A stretch of DNA of 38,384 nt, taken from Candidatus Caldatribacteriota bacterium. Its GTDB lineage: Bacteria; Atribacterota; Phoenicimicrobiia; Phoenicimicrobiales; Phoenicimicrobiaceae. Below are positions 18,200 to 25,150 of this stretch, piece by piece. The position numbers were made by a program, and so were the translations under genes. The stretch covers positions 1-38,384 of the forward strand of contig JAYEJO010000093.1 in NCBI GenBank assembly GCA_034660595.1. The letters run 5' to 3'. The notes under the pieces were generated by a model, which saw only the letters and a list, made by a program, of their open reading frames with translations, searched no databases and was not told where the DNA came from. Within the stretch, counting starts at the first letter, position 1. Each line of letters opens with the position of its first letter.

Positions 18200-18228
18200 A
18201 GTATATCTTATTGCCTATTGTGATTCAA
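18200..18228 (-). promoter_or_regulatory. Candidate sigma70-type promoter for murE-murF-mraY
   Basis: Minus strand reads TTGAAT-17 nt-TATACT, about 90 nt upstream of the murE ATG. Confidence 0.4.
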
Positions 18229-18279
18229 TGTGTGTCAGGAGCGATCCTTTTACACGGTTTGACCAACTAAAAACTTAAA

Positions 18280-18309
18280 GTGTATAGCGTACAGCGTTTA
18301 GCGTATAGG
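18280..18309. repeat. Class-1 heptamer array
   Basis: gtgtatAGCGTACAGCGTTTAGCGTATAGg. A 23-nt stretch is identical to 27548..27570. Confidence 0.85.
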
Positions 18310-18412
18310 AAAAAATACTCTGTACAACATTTTTTTTCTTATCTTTTTTTATTGCTCATATCTTTTGTCATGGCTATGAAAATGGAAATCCGTCTTTTTT
18401 TATCTTCTAACA

Positions 18413-18440
18413 CTGGATTCCCACTTTCGTGGAAATGACA
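18413..18440. repeat. REP-like hairpin ATTCCCAC-TTTC-GTGGAAAT
   Basis: ctggATTCCCACtttcGTGGAAATgac. The leading ctggattc recurs at 9107..9114. Confidence 0.5.
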
Positions 18441-18482
18441 GAGGAAAATTGGCTTTTGTATTTCGTCTTCTTCTTTCTCTAA

Positions 18483-18515
18483 CTCTACGCTCTACGCTGT
18501 ACGCTCCACGCTATC
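18483..18515. repeat. Class-1 heptamer array, inverted orientation
   Basis: ctctacgct|ctacgct|gtacgct|ccacgct|atc. It is complementary in class to 18280..18309. Confidence 0.85.
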
Positions 18516-18530
18516 TGCTTTTTTCCTTCG

Positions 18531-18560
18531 CGCGATACTCGATACTCGATACACGATACT
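18531..18560. repeat. Class-2 heptamer array (CGATACT)
   Basis: cgcgatact|cgatact|cgataca|cgatact. It overlaps the first two bases of the ftsI stop codon (18559..18561). Confidence 0.85.
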
Positions 18561-20247
18561 ATCTTTCATTGGTTGGTACCGATAAGTAAGGGAGAACTTT
18601 GGAAGCAATCTCCTGGAAAACCGGAGCAGCCACTGTGCCACCATAATAACTCCCTTTGGGTTCGTCTAATAAAACCAGGATAGATATTTTGGGATTCTCT
18701 GCGGGAACATATCCCACAAAAAATGAACTATATTTATCTTCAGAATATTTACCGGTAGAAAAATCAAATTTTTGAGCAGTCCCGGTTTTTCCTGCTGCCT
18801 GATATCCTGCAAGCTTTGCCCTTGTACCAGTTCCGTCATTCACCACTTGTTCCAATATTTCACTCATAGTTAAGGCAGTATCAACTGATACTACCTGTCT
18901 TACCGGTTTTGGCTTAAATATTTTAATTTTATTTTGTGCTGAATCCAATATTTCCTTCACTATCATCGGTTTCATCAAAGTCCCTCGATTAGCTATTGCC
19001 GATACTGCCATTATCAACTGAATGGGGGTTACAGAAATTTCTTGACCTATAGATAAAGAAGCCAGGGATATTTTTGACCAATCCTTTGTGCTTCTTACCA
19101 GGCCATTTGTTTCGCCGGGTAAATTTATTTCAGTTAGTGTCCCAAATCCAAACCTTCTAATCGATTTTTCAAAAACCTTTTCATCTAATCTCGTCCCGGT
19201 TTGAATTACTCCTATATTACAGGAATTTTTTACTATATCGGTAAGATCTTGAGAACCATGTTGATGTATATCGTGAAAAATAGTCCCATTGTATTTTATC
19301 CACCCCTTACAATAAAATTGGTCATTTAAATTGGCTACTTTTTCTTCCAGGGCGGTAGCTATGGTAACAATTTTAAAGGTAGATCCCGGCTCATAGGCAT
19401 CAGTTACTGCCCTATTCCTCCAAATATCACGGGGGTATTGATTAAAATAATTGGGATCATAGGAAGGTTTTATTGCCATTGCTAAAATTTCCCCGGTTTT
19501 AGGTTCTACTACAATAGCAATTCCTGTTTTGGCTTTAGATTTTTGAAAAGCTTTATCCAAAGCTTCTTCGGTAATATATTGGATAACTTCATCAATGGTT
19601 AATACAATTGAATGCCCGTCCTTGTGACCGGTTGGTTCTTTAATACTTAAAGGTACCTTGCTTCCTATAGCATCTCTTTCTAAAATTACTAAACCAGGCA
19701 AACCTTTTAGTTCTTTATCAAAAAATGACTCCAAACCCTCCAGCCCTTGATTGTCTATCCCCACAAATCCTATTAAATTAGAAGCCAAATAATTCTTGGG
19801 GTAATATCTTTTGCCCTCATCTAAGAAATCAAATCCCTCTAAGTTTAATTTTTTAATCTCTGCCACTTCTGTTTCTGTTAACTTCCTCTTTATCCATACA
19901 AAAGATTTTTTCCGGTTTAATTTTTCCAGTACATCTTTCGTTTTTAAATTCAAGATTGAAGATATTTTTTGGGCAGTTTCTTGAGGATTTTCAACTTTAG
20001 GGGGAATAGCAAATAAAGATTGAACATTAATATTCACGGCTAATTTTTTATAATTTCTATCATAAATGTTACCTCGTTCTCCTTCAATAGAAAAAGAAGT
20101 GAGGTGTTCTTGTTGGGCAATTTCTTTAAATCTATTACTTTGGATAATCTGAATGTTATATAATCTATAAATTAATGAAAAATAAAGAATTATAAATACT
20201 ATAAGTAAAAAAATAATACGTTCTTTTTTCTCTTTGGAAAGCAACAA
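18559..20247 (-). CDS. ftsI: Class B penicillin-binding protein / septal transpeptidase
   Basis: 562 aa with an N-terminal TM helix, a PBP dimerisation domain, and the STFK, SCN (SxN) and KTGTA motifs. The start is TTG with a GAGGG RBS. Confidence 0.9.
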   Translation of the reverse strand: MLLSKEKKERIIFLLIVFIILYFSLIYRLYNIQIIQSNRFKEIAQQEHLTSFSIEGERGNIYDRNYKKLAVNINVQSLFAIPPKVENPQETAQKISSILNLKTKDVLEKLNRKKSFVWIKRKLTETEVAEIKKLNLEGFDFLDEGKRYYPKNYLASNLIGFVGIDNQGLEGLESFFDKELKGLPGLVILERDAIGSKVPLSIKEPTGHKDGHSIVLTIDEVIQYITEEALDKAFQKSKAKTGIAIVVEPKTGEILAMAIKPSYDPNYFNQYPRDIWRNRAVTDAYEPGSTFKIVTIATALEEKVANLNDQFYCKGWIKYNGTIFHDIHQHGSQDLTDIVKNSCNIGVIQTGTRLDEKVFEKSIRRFGFGTLTEINLPGETNGLVRSTKDWSKISLASLSIGQEISVTPIQLIMAVSAIANRGTLMKPMIVKEILDSAQNKIKIFKPKPVRQVVSVDTALTMSEILEQVVNDGTGTRAKLAGYQAAGKTGTAQKFDFSTGKYSEDKYSSFFVGYVPAENPKISILVLLDEPKGSYYGGTVAAPVFQEIASKVLPYLSVPTNER

Positions 20248-20286
20248 TTATTTCCGCCCTCTTTAACCTATACTGCTACAAGTATA

Positions 20287-20727
20287 TTATTTTAATGCTC
20301 CTAAAATCAAGTCATTTATCTTATTTAGGTCAAAACTAGCCCAAAAATTCTTTTCCTTCTTATAATTGTTACTGATTGCCCCGATATCATTTGCGGAATT
20401 AATCTCGGGAGCGGGATTTAAAGCAATAAATTTAACTTCTTTTGGTCTAATCATTCCTAAATGATTACAAGCAATTTTTTCAATTCTATCTAAAGCAGAA
20501 AGAGTCTCGACGGCAAGTTCAAGTTTTTTATTTTCTTCCCTCAAGGCTATTTTTTCATTTTCTAACTTTATTAATTTGTATCCCAATTCAGTTAATATAA
20601 TGTTATTAGAAATATAAAAAATCGCTATAGAAGTGACAATAATTACAAAAATTAAGAATGACCCAAAAACAATTATGGTATTCTTGTTTTCGTAATTACC
20701 GGTAGCTATAGCACTGCTCCCTCTCAT
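20287..20727 (-). CDS. ftsL: Cell division protein FtsL-like (single TM helix + coiled coil)
   Basis: 146 aa with a TM helix, then a leucine-rich coiled coil and LSALDRIEKIACNHLGMIRP. Its position between rsmH and ftsI is canonical. Confidence 0.65.
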   Translation of the reverse strand: MRGSSAIATGNYENKNTIIVFGSFLIFVIIVTSIAIFYISNNIILTELGYKLIKLENEKIALREENKKLELAVETLSALDRIEKIACNHLGMIRPKEVKFIALNPAPEINSANDIGAISNNYKKEKNFWASFDLNKINDLILGALK

Positions 20728-20733
20728 ATTTCA

Positions 20734-21666
20734 TCACCCCTTTAATTTTATTATTCTCTCTGCCACTCTCAATTTAGCGCTTCTTGCCTTAGGATTATCC
20801 CTTACTTCCTCCGAAGAAGGTCTAATTGGTTTTTTAGTTATAATTTTTAATCCGTAATTCCCCTGGTTTTTTCCTTTTCTCTCTACTTCTTTAAATAGAT
20901 ATTTAACTATTCTATCCTCCAGTGAATGATAAGAAATAACACATATCCTTCCCTTATTCTCTAAAACTCTAATTGCCTGATTCAGCCCCTTTTCCAAGGC
21001 CTCAAGCTCCTGGTTTACTTCAATCCTGATAGCCTGAAATACCCTGGTTGCAGGATGAATTCTCCAGGTATGCCTCTTTTTAGTCTTAGGAAGAGATCTT
21101 ATTACTAAGTCAGCTAACTGTTTGGTTGTAGTAATGGCCTTCTTTTTTCGTTCTGCCACAATTAAGCGGGCAATTCTCCTGGAAAACCGTTCTTCTCCAT
21201 ATTTTTCAAATATTTCAGCTAAATTTTTTTCAGAATAACTATTGACTAAAATATCAGCGTTAAATTCTTGAGTTAAATCCATCCGCATATCCAAATAGCT
21301 GTCTTGTTTAAAACTAAATCCTCGTTCTTTCTTTTTTAGTTGGTGAAAGGACACTCCTAAATCAAAGATTATCCCCGAAATTGTTTTAATCTTTAAATCA
21401 GATAGAATCACTTCTAAATTTTTAAAATTACCTTTAACTAACTTTACTTTATCGATATAACTTTTTAGTTCTTCTTTTGCTGTTTCAATTGCCTCTTTGT
21501 CCTGGTCGATGCCGATCAGTGAACCCTGGGGATAAATGTTCTCCAAAATAGCTTTGGAGTGCCCTCCACCACCTAAAGTGCAATCGATATAAACACCTCC
21601 TTTCTTTAAGTTCAAATAATTTAAGATTTCTTTTGTTAACACAGGAGTGTGAAAGGAATTTGCCAT
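20734..21666 (-). CDS. rsmH: 16S rRNA (cytosine1402-N4)-methyltransferase
   Basis: 310 aa with HTPVL, DCTLGGGGHS and SYHSLEDR. Confidence 0.95.
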   Translation of the reverse strand: MANSFHTPVLTKEILNYLNLKKGGVYIDCTLGGGGHSKAILENIYPQGSLIGIDQDKEAIETAKEELKSYIDKVKLVKGNFKNLEVILSDLKIKTISGIIFDLGVSFHQLKKKERGFSFKQDSYLDMRMDLTQEFNADILVNSYSEKNLAEIFEKYGEERFSRRIARLIVAERKKKAITTTKQLADLVIRSLPKTKKRHTWRIHPATRVFQAIRIEVNQELEALEKGLNQAIRVLENKGRICVISYHSLEDRIVKYLFKEVERKGKNQGNYGLKIITKKPIRPSSEEVRDNPKARSAKLRVAERIIKLKG

Positions 21667-21669
21667 AGA

Positions 21670-22101
21670 TTATCCTTCTTGTTCGTATATTCTTTCGGCA
21701 ATATCTTCGTATGAACTTTCAACTTCTTTAAAATATTTTTGCCATACATCTTTACTCCAGATCTCTATCCTATCTAAAACCCCGATAACCATAATTTCTT
21801 TATTGATCTGAGCGTAATCTCTCAAATATTTCATAATAATGACTCTGCCTTGATTGTCCATGGTGCAATCAGTAGCCCGGGAAAACAGTATTCTCTTAAA
21901 TGCTCGGGCATCTCTCTGACCCAGGGGGAGCAGCTTCATTTTTTCAGATAAATTTTTCCATTCTTCCAGAGGATATACAAAAAGACAAGTATCAAGACCG
22001 AAAGTGATAATAAAATTATCGCCTAAAGATTCTCGGTATTTTGCCGGGACAATCAATCTTCCCTTTTCATCTACAGAGTGTTCATACTGTCCTAAAAACA
22101 T
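21670..22101 (-). CDS. mraZ: Transcriptional regulator MraZ
   Basis: 143 aa beginning MFLGQYEHSVDEKGRLIVPAKYR, with a second DxxGR repeat (DNQGRVII). Confidence 0.95.
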   Translation of the reverse strand: MFLGQYEHSVDEKGRLIVPAKYRESLGDNFIITFGLDTCLFVYPLEEWKNLSEKMKLLPLGQRDARAFKRILFSRATDCTMDNQGRVIIMKYLRDYAQINKEIMVIGVLDRIEIWSKDVWQKYFKEVESSYEDIAERIYEQEG

Positions 22102-22123
22102 AAAATCTCCTTTATATTATATC

Positions 22124-22150
22124 CTCCACTTCTCTCCACTTTACTCCACT
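22124..22150 (-). promoter_or_regulatory. Putative MraZ operator: three direct AGTGGAG boxes with 10-nt phasing
   Basis: Minus strand reads AGTGGAGtaaAGTGGAGagaAGTGGAG, ending 22 nt upstream of the mraZ ATG. MraZ operators in other bacteria are 3-4 short direct repeats at about 10-bp spacing. Confidence 0.65.
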
Positions 22151-22199
22151 ACATACAGTATACTACATCTTTTTGAAAAACCCTCTTTTTTTTTGAAAA
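22146..22199 (-). repeat. ~55-nt upstream module, copy B (paralogue of 1145..1200)
   Basis: Minus strand reads TTTTCAAAAAAAAAGAGGGTTTTTCAAAAAGATGTAGTATACTGTATGTAGT, immediately upstream of and running into the first MraZ box. Confidence 0.6.
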
Positions 22200-22350
22200 T
22201 AATTTGATTTTTTTTAAAATATTTGAAAATACCGTATATTTAGCGTCTTTTCTATAATAGATACGCTATTTTTCAGCGTATTTTTTGGGAAAATAAAAAA
22301 GCTGACTTAAATATTGGTTCTTAAGTGGGGCATTTTTGAGGAAAAAGGAT

Positions 22351-22390
22351 AAAAAAAAGACACACAATAAATATTTTATTGTGTGTCTTT
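22351..22390 (-). terminator. Rho-independent terminator of rnpB
   Basis: Minus strand reads AAGACACACAATAAaatattTTATTGTGTGTCTT followed by TTTTTTTT. Confidence 0.8.
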
Positions 22391-22405
22391 ATATCTATCT
22401 ATTTT

Positions 22406-22780
22406 GATAAGTAGATCGTATAAGCCGAGTTCTGTCCCTTTATAAATTCATAAAGGTGGTAATCATCTATCTGGGACGTAAGTTACCTTACGCCTCTTGC
22501 GACCTACCCGAAGATTCAGCGGGCCACCACAGCTCTTCCTATTTGGTCTTGCTCCGAGCGGGGTTTACTAAGCTTGTTAGTCACCTAACAACTGGTAGGC
22601 TCTTACCCTGCCTTTTCACCTTTACCGAAAACACTCAAATTGAGTGCCCGGCTGTGTATTTTCTGTAGCACTTTCCTTAAGGTTACCCTCACTGGGGGTT
22701 ACCCAGCGCTCTGCCCTGTGGAGCTCGGACTTTCCTCGAAAGAAATAGTATTTCTTCCGCGATTACCTGATCTACTTATC
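22406..22780 (-). ncRNA. rnpB: RNase P RNA, bacterial type A
   Basis: Minus strand contains GAGGAAAGTCCGAGCTCCACAGGGCAG, GGTAAAGGTGAAAAGGCAGGGTAAGAGCCTACC, GGAGCAAGACCAAATAGG and ACAGAACTCGGCTTATA. P1 is formed by GATAAGTAGATC and its complement at the two ends. Confidence 0.93.
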
Positions 22781-22801
22781 AAATATTCTTTTTTCAATTT
22801 T

Positions 22802-22830
22802 AAAATACCATTTTAATCTAATAAAGTCAA
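22802..22830 (-). promoter_or_regulatory. Candidate promoter of rnpB
   Basis: Minus strand reads TTGACT-17 nt-(TGg)TATTTT, an extended -10 about 21 nt before the mature 5' end. Confidence 0.4.
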
Positions 22831-22840
22831 TTCTTAAAAT

Positions 22841-22871
22841 AGTATCGAGTATATAGTATTGAGTATCGAGC
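22841..22871. repeat. Class-2 heptamer array (AGTATCG orientation)
   Basis: agtatcg|agtatat|agtattg|agtatcg|agc. Confidence 0.8.
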
Positions 22872-22968
22872 TAAGAAAGAGAAAGATAAGAAATTAAGGG
22901 AAAGTAGAGAAAAGATGTAAGCGTAATCTTTTTAATCTAACTGCCCTACCCAAGTTTATACTAATGAG

Positions 22969-23685
22969 CTAATCTTTCCAAATTAGAATCCGATTGCAAT
23001 TAGGACAAATTAATATCTTTCGATTCTTTTGTAATTGATAAATAACATCACTGGGAAGGTCAAGATAACAGCCTGGACATATAGAACCATCAACTTTTAC
23101 AATGGCTTTTCCGCCTTTCTCTTTTCTTAAAAGTTCATATTCTTTTAAAAGATGGTCATCGGTTATTTTATTTAATATCTCTCCCCTTTTGATATTCAAA
23201 GAGTTCATATTCTTTTCAATACCTAACATTGCAAAATCTATTTCCTCTTTACATTTTTTAAGCTCTTTCTCTTTGCCTTTCAAGTCTTCCTCGAGATTAC
23301 AAACTGATTTATTAAGATCTTCTACTTCTTCCATCATATCTAAAATTTCTTCTTCAATGCCATTTTTTTCTTCTTCGTACTTGGCTATTACCTTTTGTAT
23401 TTGTTTAAGCTCCTTAATATCAGATATCTTTCCTCCGTACAAATCATCTTTATGTTTATTAATTTTATTAGATTTTTCGACTAAATCCAGTTCTTTTCTT
23501 TTTAATTTGATCTGCAAACTCTTATAATTTTCATTTTTATTTTTTAAACTATCCTTCAGCCCCTGAATTTTTTTGGTAATCCCTTCTAACATTAAAGGCA
23601 AACTTTTCTTTTTTTTCTCTTCTTCATCAATATCAATATCAATTTTCTGTAATTCCAAAAGAATATCATATTGTTCTTCTATCAA
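22969..23685 (-). CDS. Coiled-coil / C4 zinc-ribbon protein (COG1579, DUF164-like)
   Basis: 238 aa. A long Glu/Lys-rich coiled coil is followed by CPGC...(19 aa)...CPNC. The start is TTG. Confidence 0.7.
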   Translation of the reverse strand: MIEEQYDILLELQKIDIDIDEEEKKKKSLPLMLEGITKKIQGLKDSLKNKNENYKSLQIKLKRKELDLVEKSNKINKHKDDLYGGKISDIKELKQIQKVIAKYEEEKNGIEEEILDMMEEVEDLNKSVCNLEEDLKGKEKELKKCKEEIDFAMLGIEKNMNSLNIKRGEILNKITDDHLLKEYELLRKEKGGKAIVKVDGSICPGCYLDLPSDVIYQLQKNRKILICPNCNRILIWKD

Positions 23686-23727
23686 TAACCTATTCCTCCT
23701 CTCTTCGTAGTTGCAAAGCCCATTAAA

Positions 23728-23767
23728 ACAAAAAAACCTTACTTCTTATATAAAAGAAGTAAGGTTT
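23728..23767 (-). terminator. Rho-independent terminator after the tRNA
   Basis: Minus strand reads AACCTTACTTCTTttatataAGAAGTAAGGTT followed by TTTTTGTTTT. Confidence 0.8.
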
Positions 23768-23858
23768 TTATAAAATTCTGGTATTTTTATAATTTTTTGT
23801 TTTATCATAAATTCCACACTACCTGTATTATCAATAAAATTAATAATTACCAATTTTT

Positions 23859-23934
23859 TGGTGGGCCCACCTGGATTCGAACCAGGGACCGACCGGTTAT
23901 GAGCCGGTTGCTCTGCCAGCTGAGCTATGGGCCC
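23859..23934 (-). tRNA. tRNA with anticodon CAT (elongator Met type; Ile2/lysidine identity not excluded), CCA encoded
   Basis: I folded the cloverleaf by hand: GGGCCCA ta GCTC agctggca GAGC a ACCGG CTCATAA CCGGT cggtc CCTGG ttcgaat CCAGG TGGGCCC a CCA. G1-C72 is paired, so it is not an initiator. Confidence 0.93.
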
Positions 23935-23959
23935 GTTAGCCAACATTATCTTCGTTAAA

Positions 23960-23987
23960 AGTATATCAGATATGTTTATAAAGTCAA
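23960..23987 (-). promoter_or_regulatory. Candidate promoter of the tRNA
   Basis: Minus strand reads TTGACT-16 nt-(TGa)TATACT, about 25 nt before the tRNA 5' end. Confidence 0.5.
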
Positions 23988-23995
23988 GAATATTT

Positions 23996-24054
23996 TCGTA
24001 TCTCGTATAGAATTAGTTAGCTAGTTAGTTGGTTACCTGGTTAGCCAGTTAAGG
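23996..24054. repeat. Class-2 (TCGTATC) then class-3 (TAGTTAG/GGTTA) arrays
   Basis: ttcgtatctcgtatag..ttagttagctagttagttggttacctggttagccagttaagg. 24017..24044 matches the reverse complement of 14204..14231 at about 27 of 28 positions. Confidence 0.85.
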
Positions 24055-24103
24055 AAATAAAAGAAAGATAAAAGTAGGGGTATATTGCATCCACCCCTGT
24101 AAC

Positions 24104-25132
24104 TTATTTTAGATGCAGGCTCTTTAGCTGACCGCAGGCAGCAGAAATATCATCACCCTTTGATATTCTTATAGTGGTTGGGATCCCTCTGGCGGTCAGC
24201 TTATTTTTAAAGAATTTAACCTGGGAAGCAGTGGGTGCCTGCAGTAAGGAATCGGGTGCAGGATTAAAAGTAATTAAATTTACTTTAGAATTAAATCCAC
24301 CAATCAGTTTAGCTAATTCGTTTGCATAAATCAGTGAATCATTCACTCCTTTAATTAAAATATATTCAAAAGTAATCTGCCTTTTAGTTTTTTCCGCATA
24401 ATTTTTGCACGTTTCTATCAGATCGGGCAAGGGATACATATTATTTACCGGCATTAGGTAAGACCTTAATTTATTCTCCGGGGCATGCAGAGAAACTGAT
24501 AGCTCTATCTGCCAATTACGTTCTTGTAACCTTTTTATTGCCGGTATCACCCCACAGGTAGAAATGGTAATCTTTCTTGCCCCGATATTGAAAGCATCTT
24601 TTGAATTCAATATACAAATGGCTTTTACAACATTATCATAATTATCTAAAGGTTCACCAATGCCCATAAATACAATATTATTGAGATTGGATTCAATCTT
24701 TTTCTTTACAAATAAAACTTGATTTAAAATCTCACTAACTGTAAGGTTTCTGGTAAAGCCTTTTTTACCGCTTTCACAAAACAAACAGTTATATTTGCAG
24801 CCAATTTGGGAAGATATACATTCAGTCGCTCTTTTACCGGAAAATATAAGAACACTTTCTATTAAATTCCCATCTTCTAATTTAAATAAATATTTTTCGG
24901 TTTGGTCTTTCGATTTAGCTAAATTTACCAACCCTATCTTGCTTATGTAAAAATTTTCTTGAAGTAAGTCTCTAAATGATGCTGGAAGACCCAGCATATC
25001 TCCGAAGTCTTCTATCCCTTTCCTATAAAGCAAATCAAATAATTGAGCTGCCCTATATTTTTCAACTCCTAACTTTTTAACCTCTTCTTGTAATTCGTTT
25101 AAGGTAAATTTTTTAATATCTTTCTTTTGCAT
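24104..25132 (-). CDS. rlmN: 23S rRNA/tRNA adenine-C2 methyltransferase, radical SAM (RlmN/Cfr family)
   Basis: 342 aa with the GCKYNCLFCESG (CxxxCxxC) cluster, GIGEPL, ITISTCG, SLHAP and a C-terminal ACGQL. Confidence 0.9.
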   Translation of the reverse strand: MQKKDIKKFTLNELQEEVKKLGVEKYRAAQLFDLLYRKGIEDFGDMLGLPASFRDLLQENFYISKIGLVNLAKSKDQTEKYLFKLEDGNLIESVLIFSGKRATECISSQIGCKYNCLFCESGKKGFTRNLTVSEILNQVLFVKKKIESNLNNIVFMGIGEPLDNYDNVVKAICILNSKDAFNIGARKITISTCGVIPAIKRLQERNWQIELSVSLHAPENKLRSYLMPVNNMYPLPDLIETCKNYAEKTKRQITFEYILIKGVNDSLIYANELAKLIGGFNSKVNLITFNPAPDSLLQAPTASQVKFFKNKLTARGIPTTIRISKGDDISAACGQLKSLHLK

Positions 25133-25150
25133 AATACAATTTTAATCTCT

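Noticed and set aside
22004-22207. Plus-strand ORF 22004..22207, overlapping the mraZ start and the operator region.
   Set aside because: It is antisense to mraZ and its regulatory boxes, and its sequence is better explained by those features.
22151-22350. I looked for a canonical sigma70 promoter for mraZ.
   Set aside because: The TATACT at about 22161-22166 has no acceptable -35 at 16-18 nt, and the TATAAT next to the third MraZ box is too close to the RBS. I therefore left the promoter unassigned rather than annotate it.
22456-22668. Plus-strand 70-aa ORF inside the rnpB locus.
   Set aside because: The region is unambiguously RNase P RNA on the minus strand. The ORF is a chance reading frame.
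23746-23946. Minus-strand 66-aa ORF (MLANGPIAQLAEQPAHNRSVPGSNPGGP...).
   Set aside because: It is the translation of the tRNA(CAU) gene and its terminator. The IAQLAEQ...SNPGGP pattern is the classic artefact of translating a tRNA.
23686-24103. I considered the tRNA gene as an integration hotspot flanked by a prophage or genomic island.
   Set aside because: Both flanks are core genes (rlmN and the COG1579 gene) within 170-180 bp. There is no integrase and no direct repeat of the tRNA 3' end.
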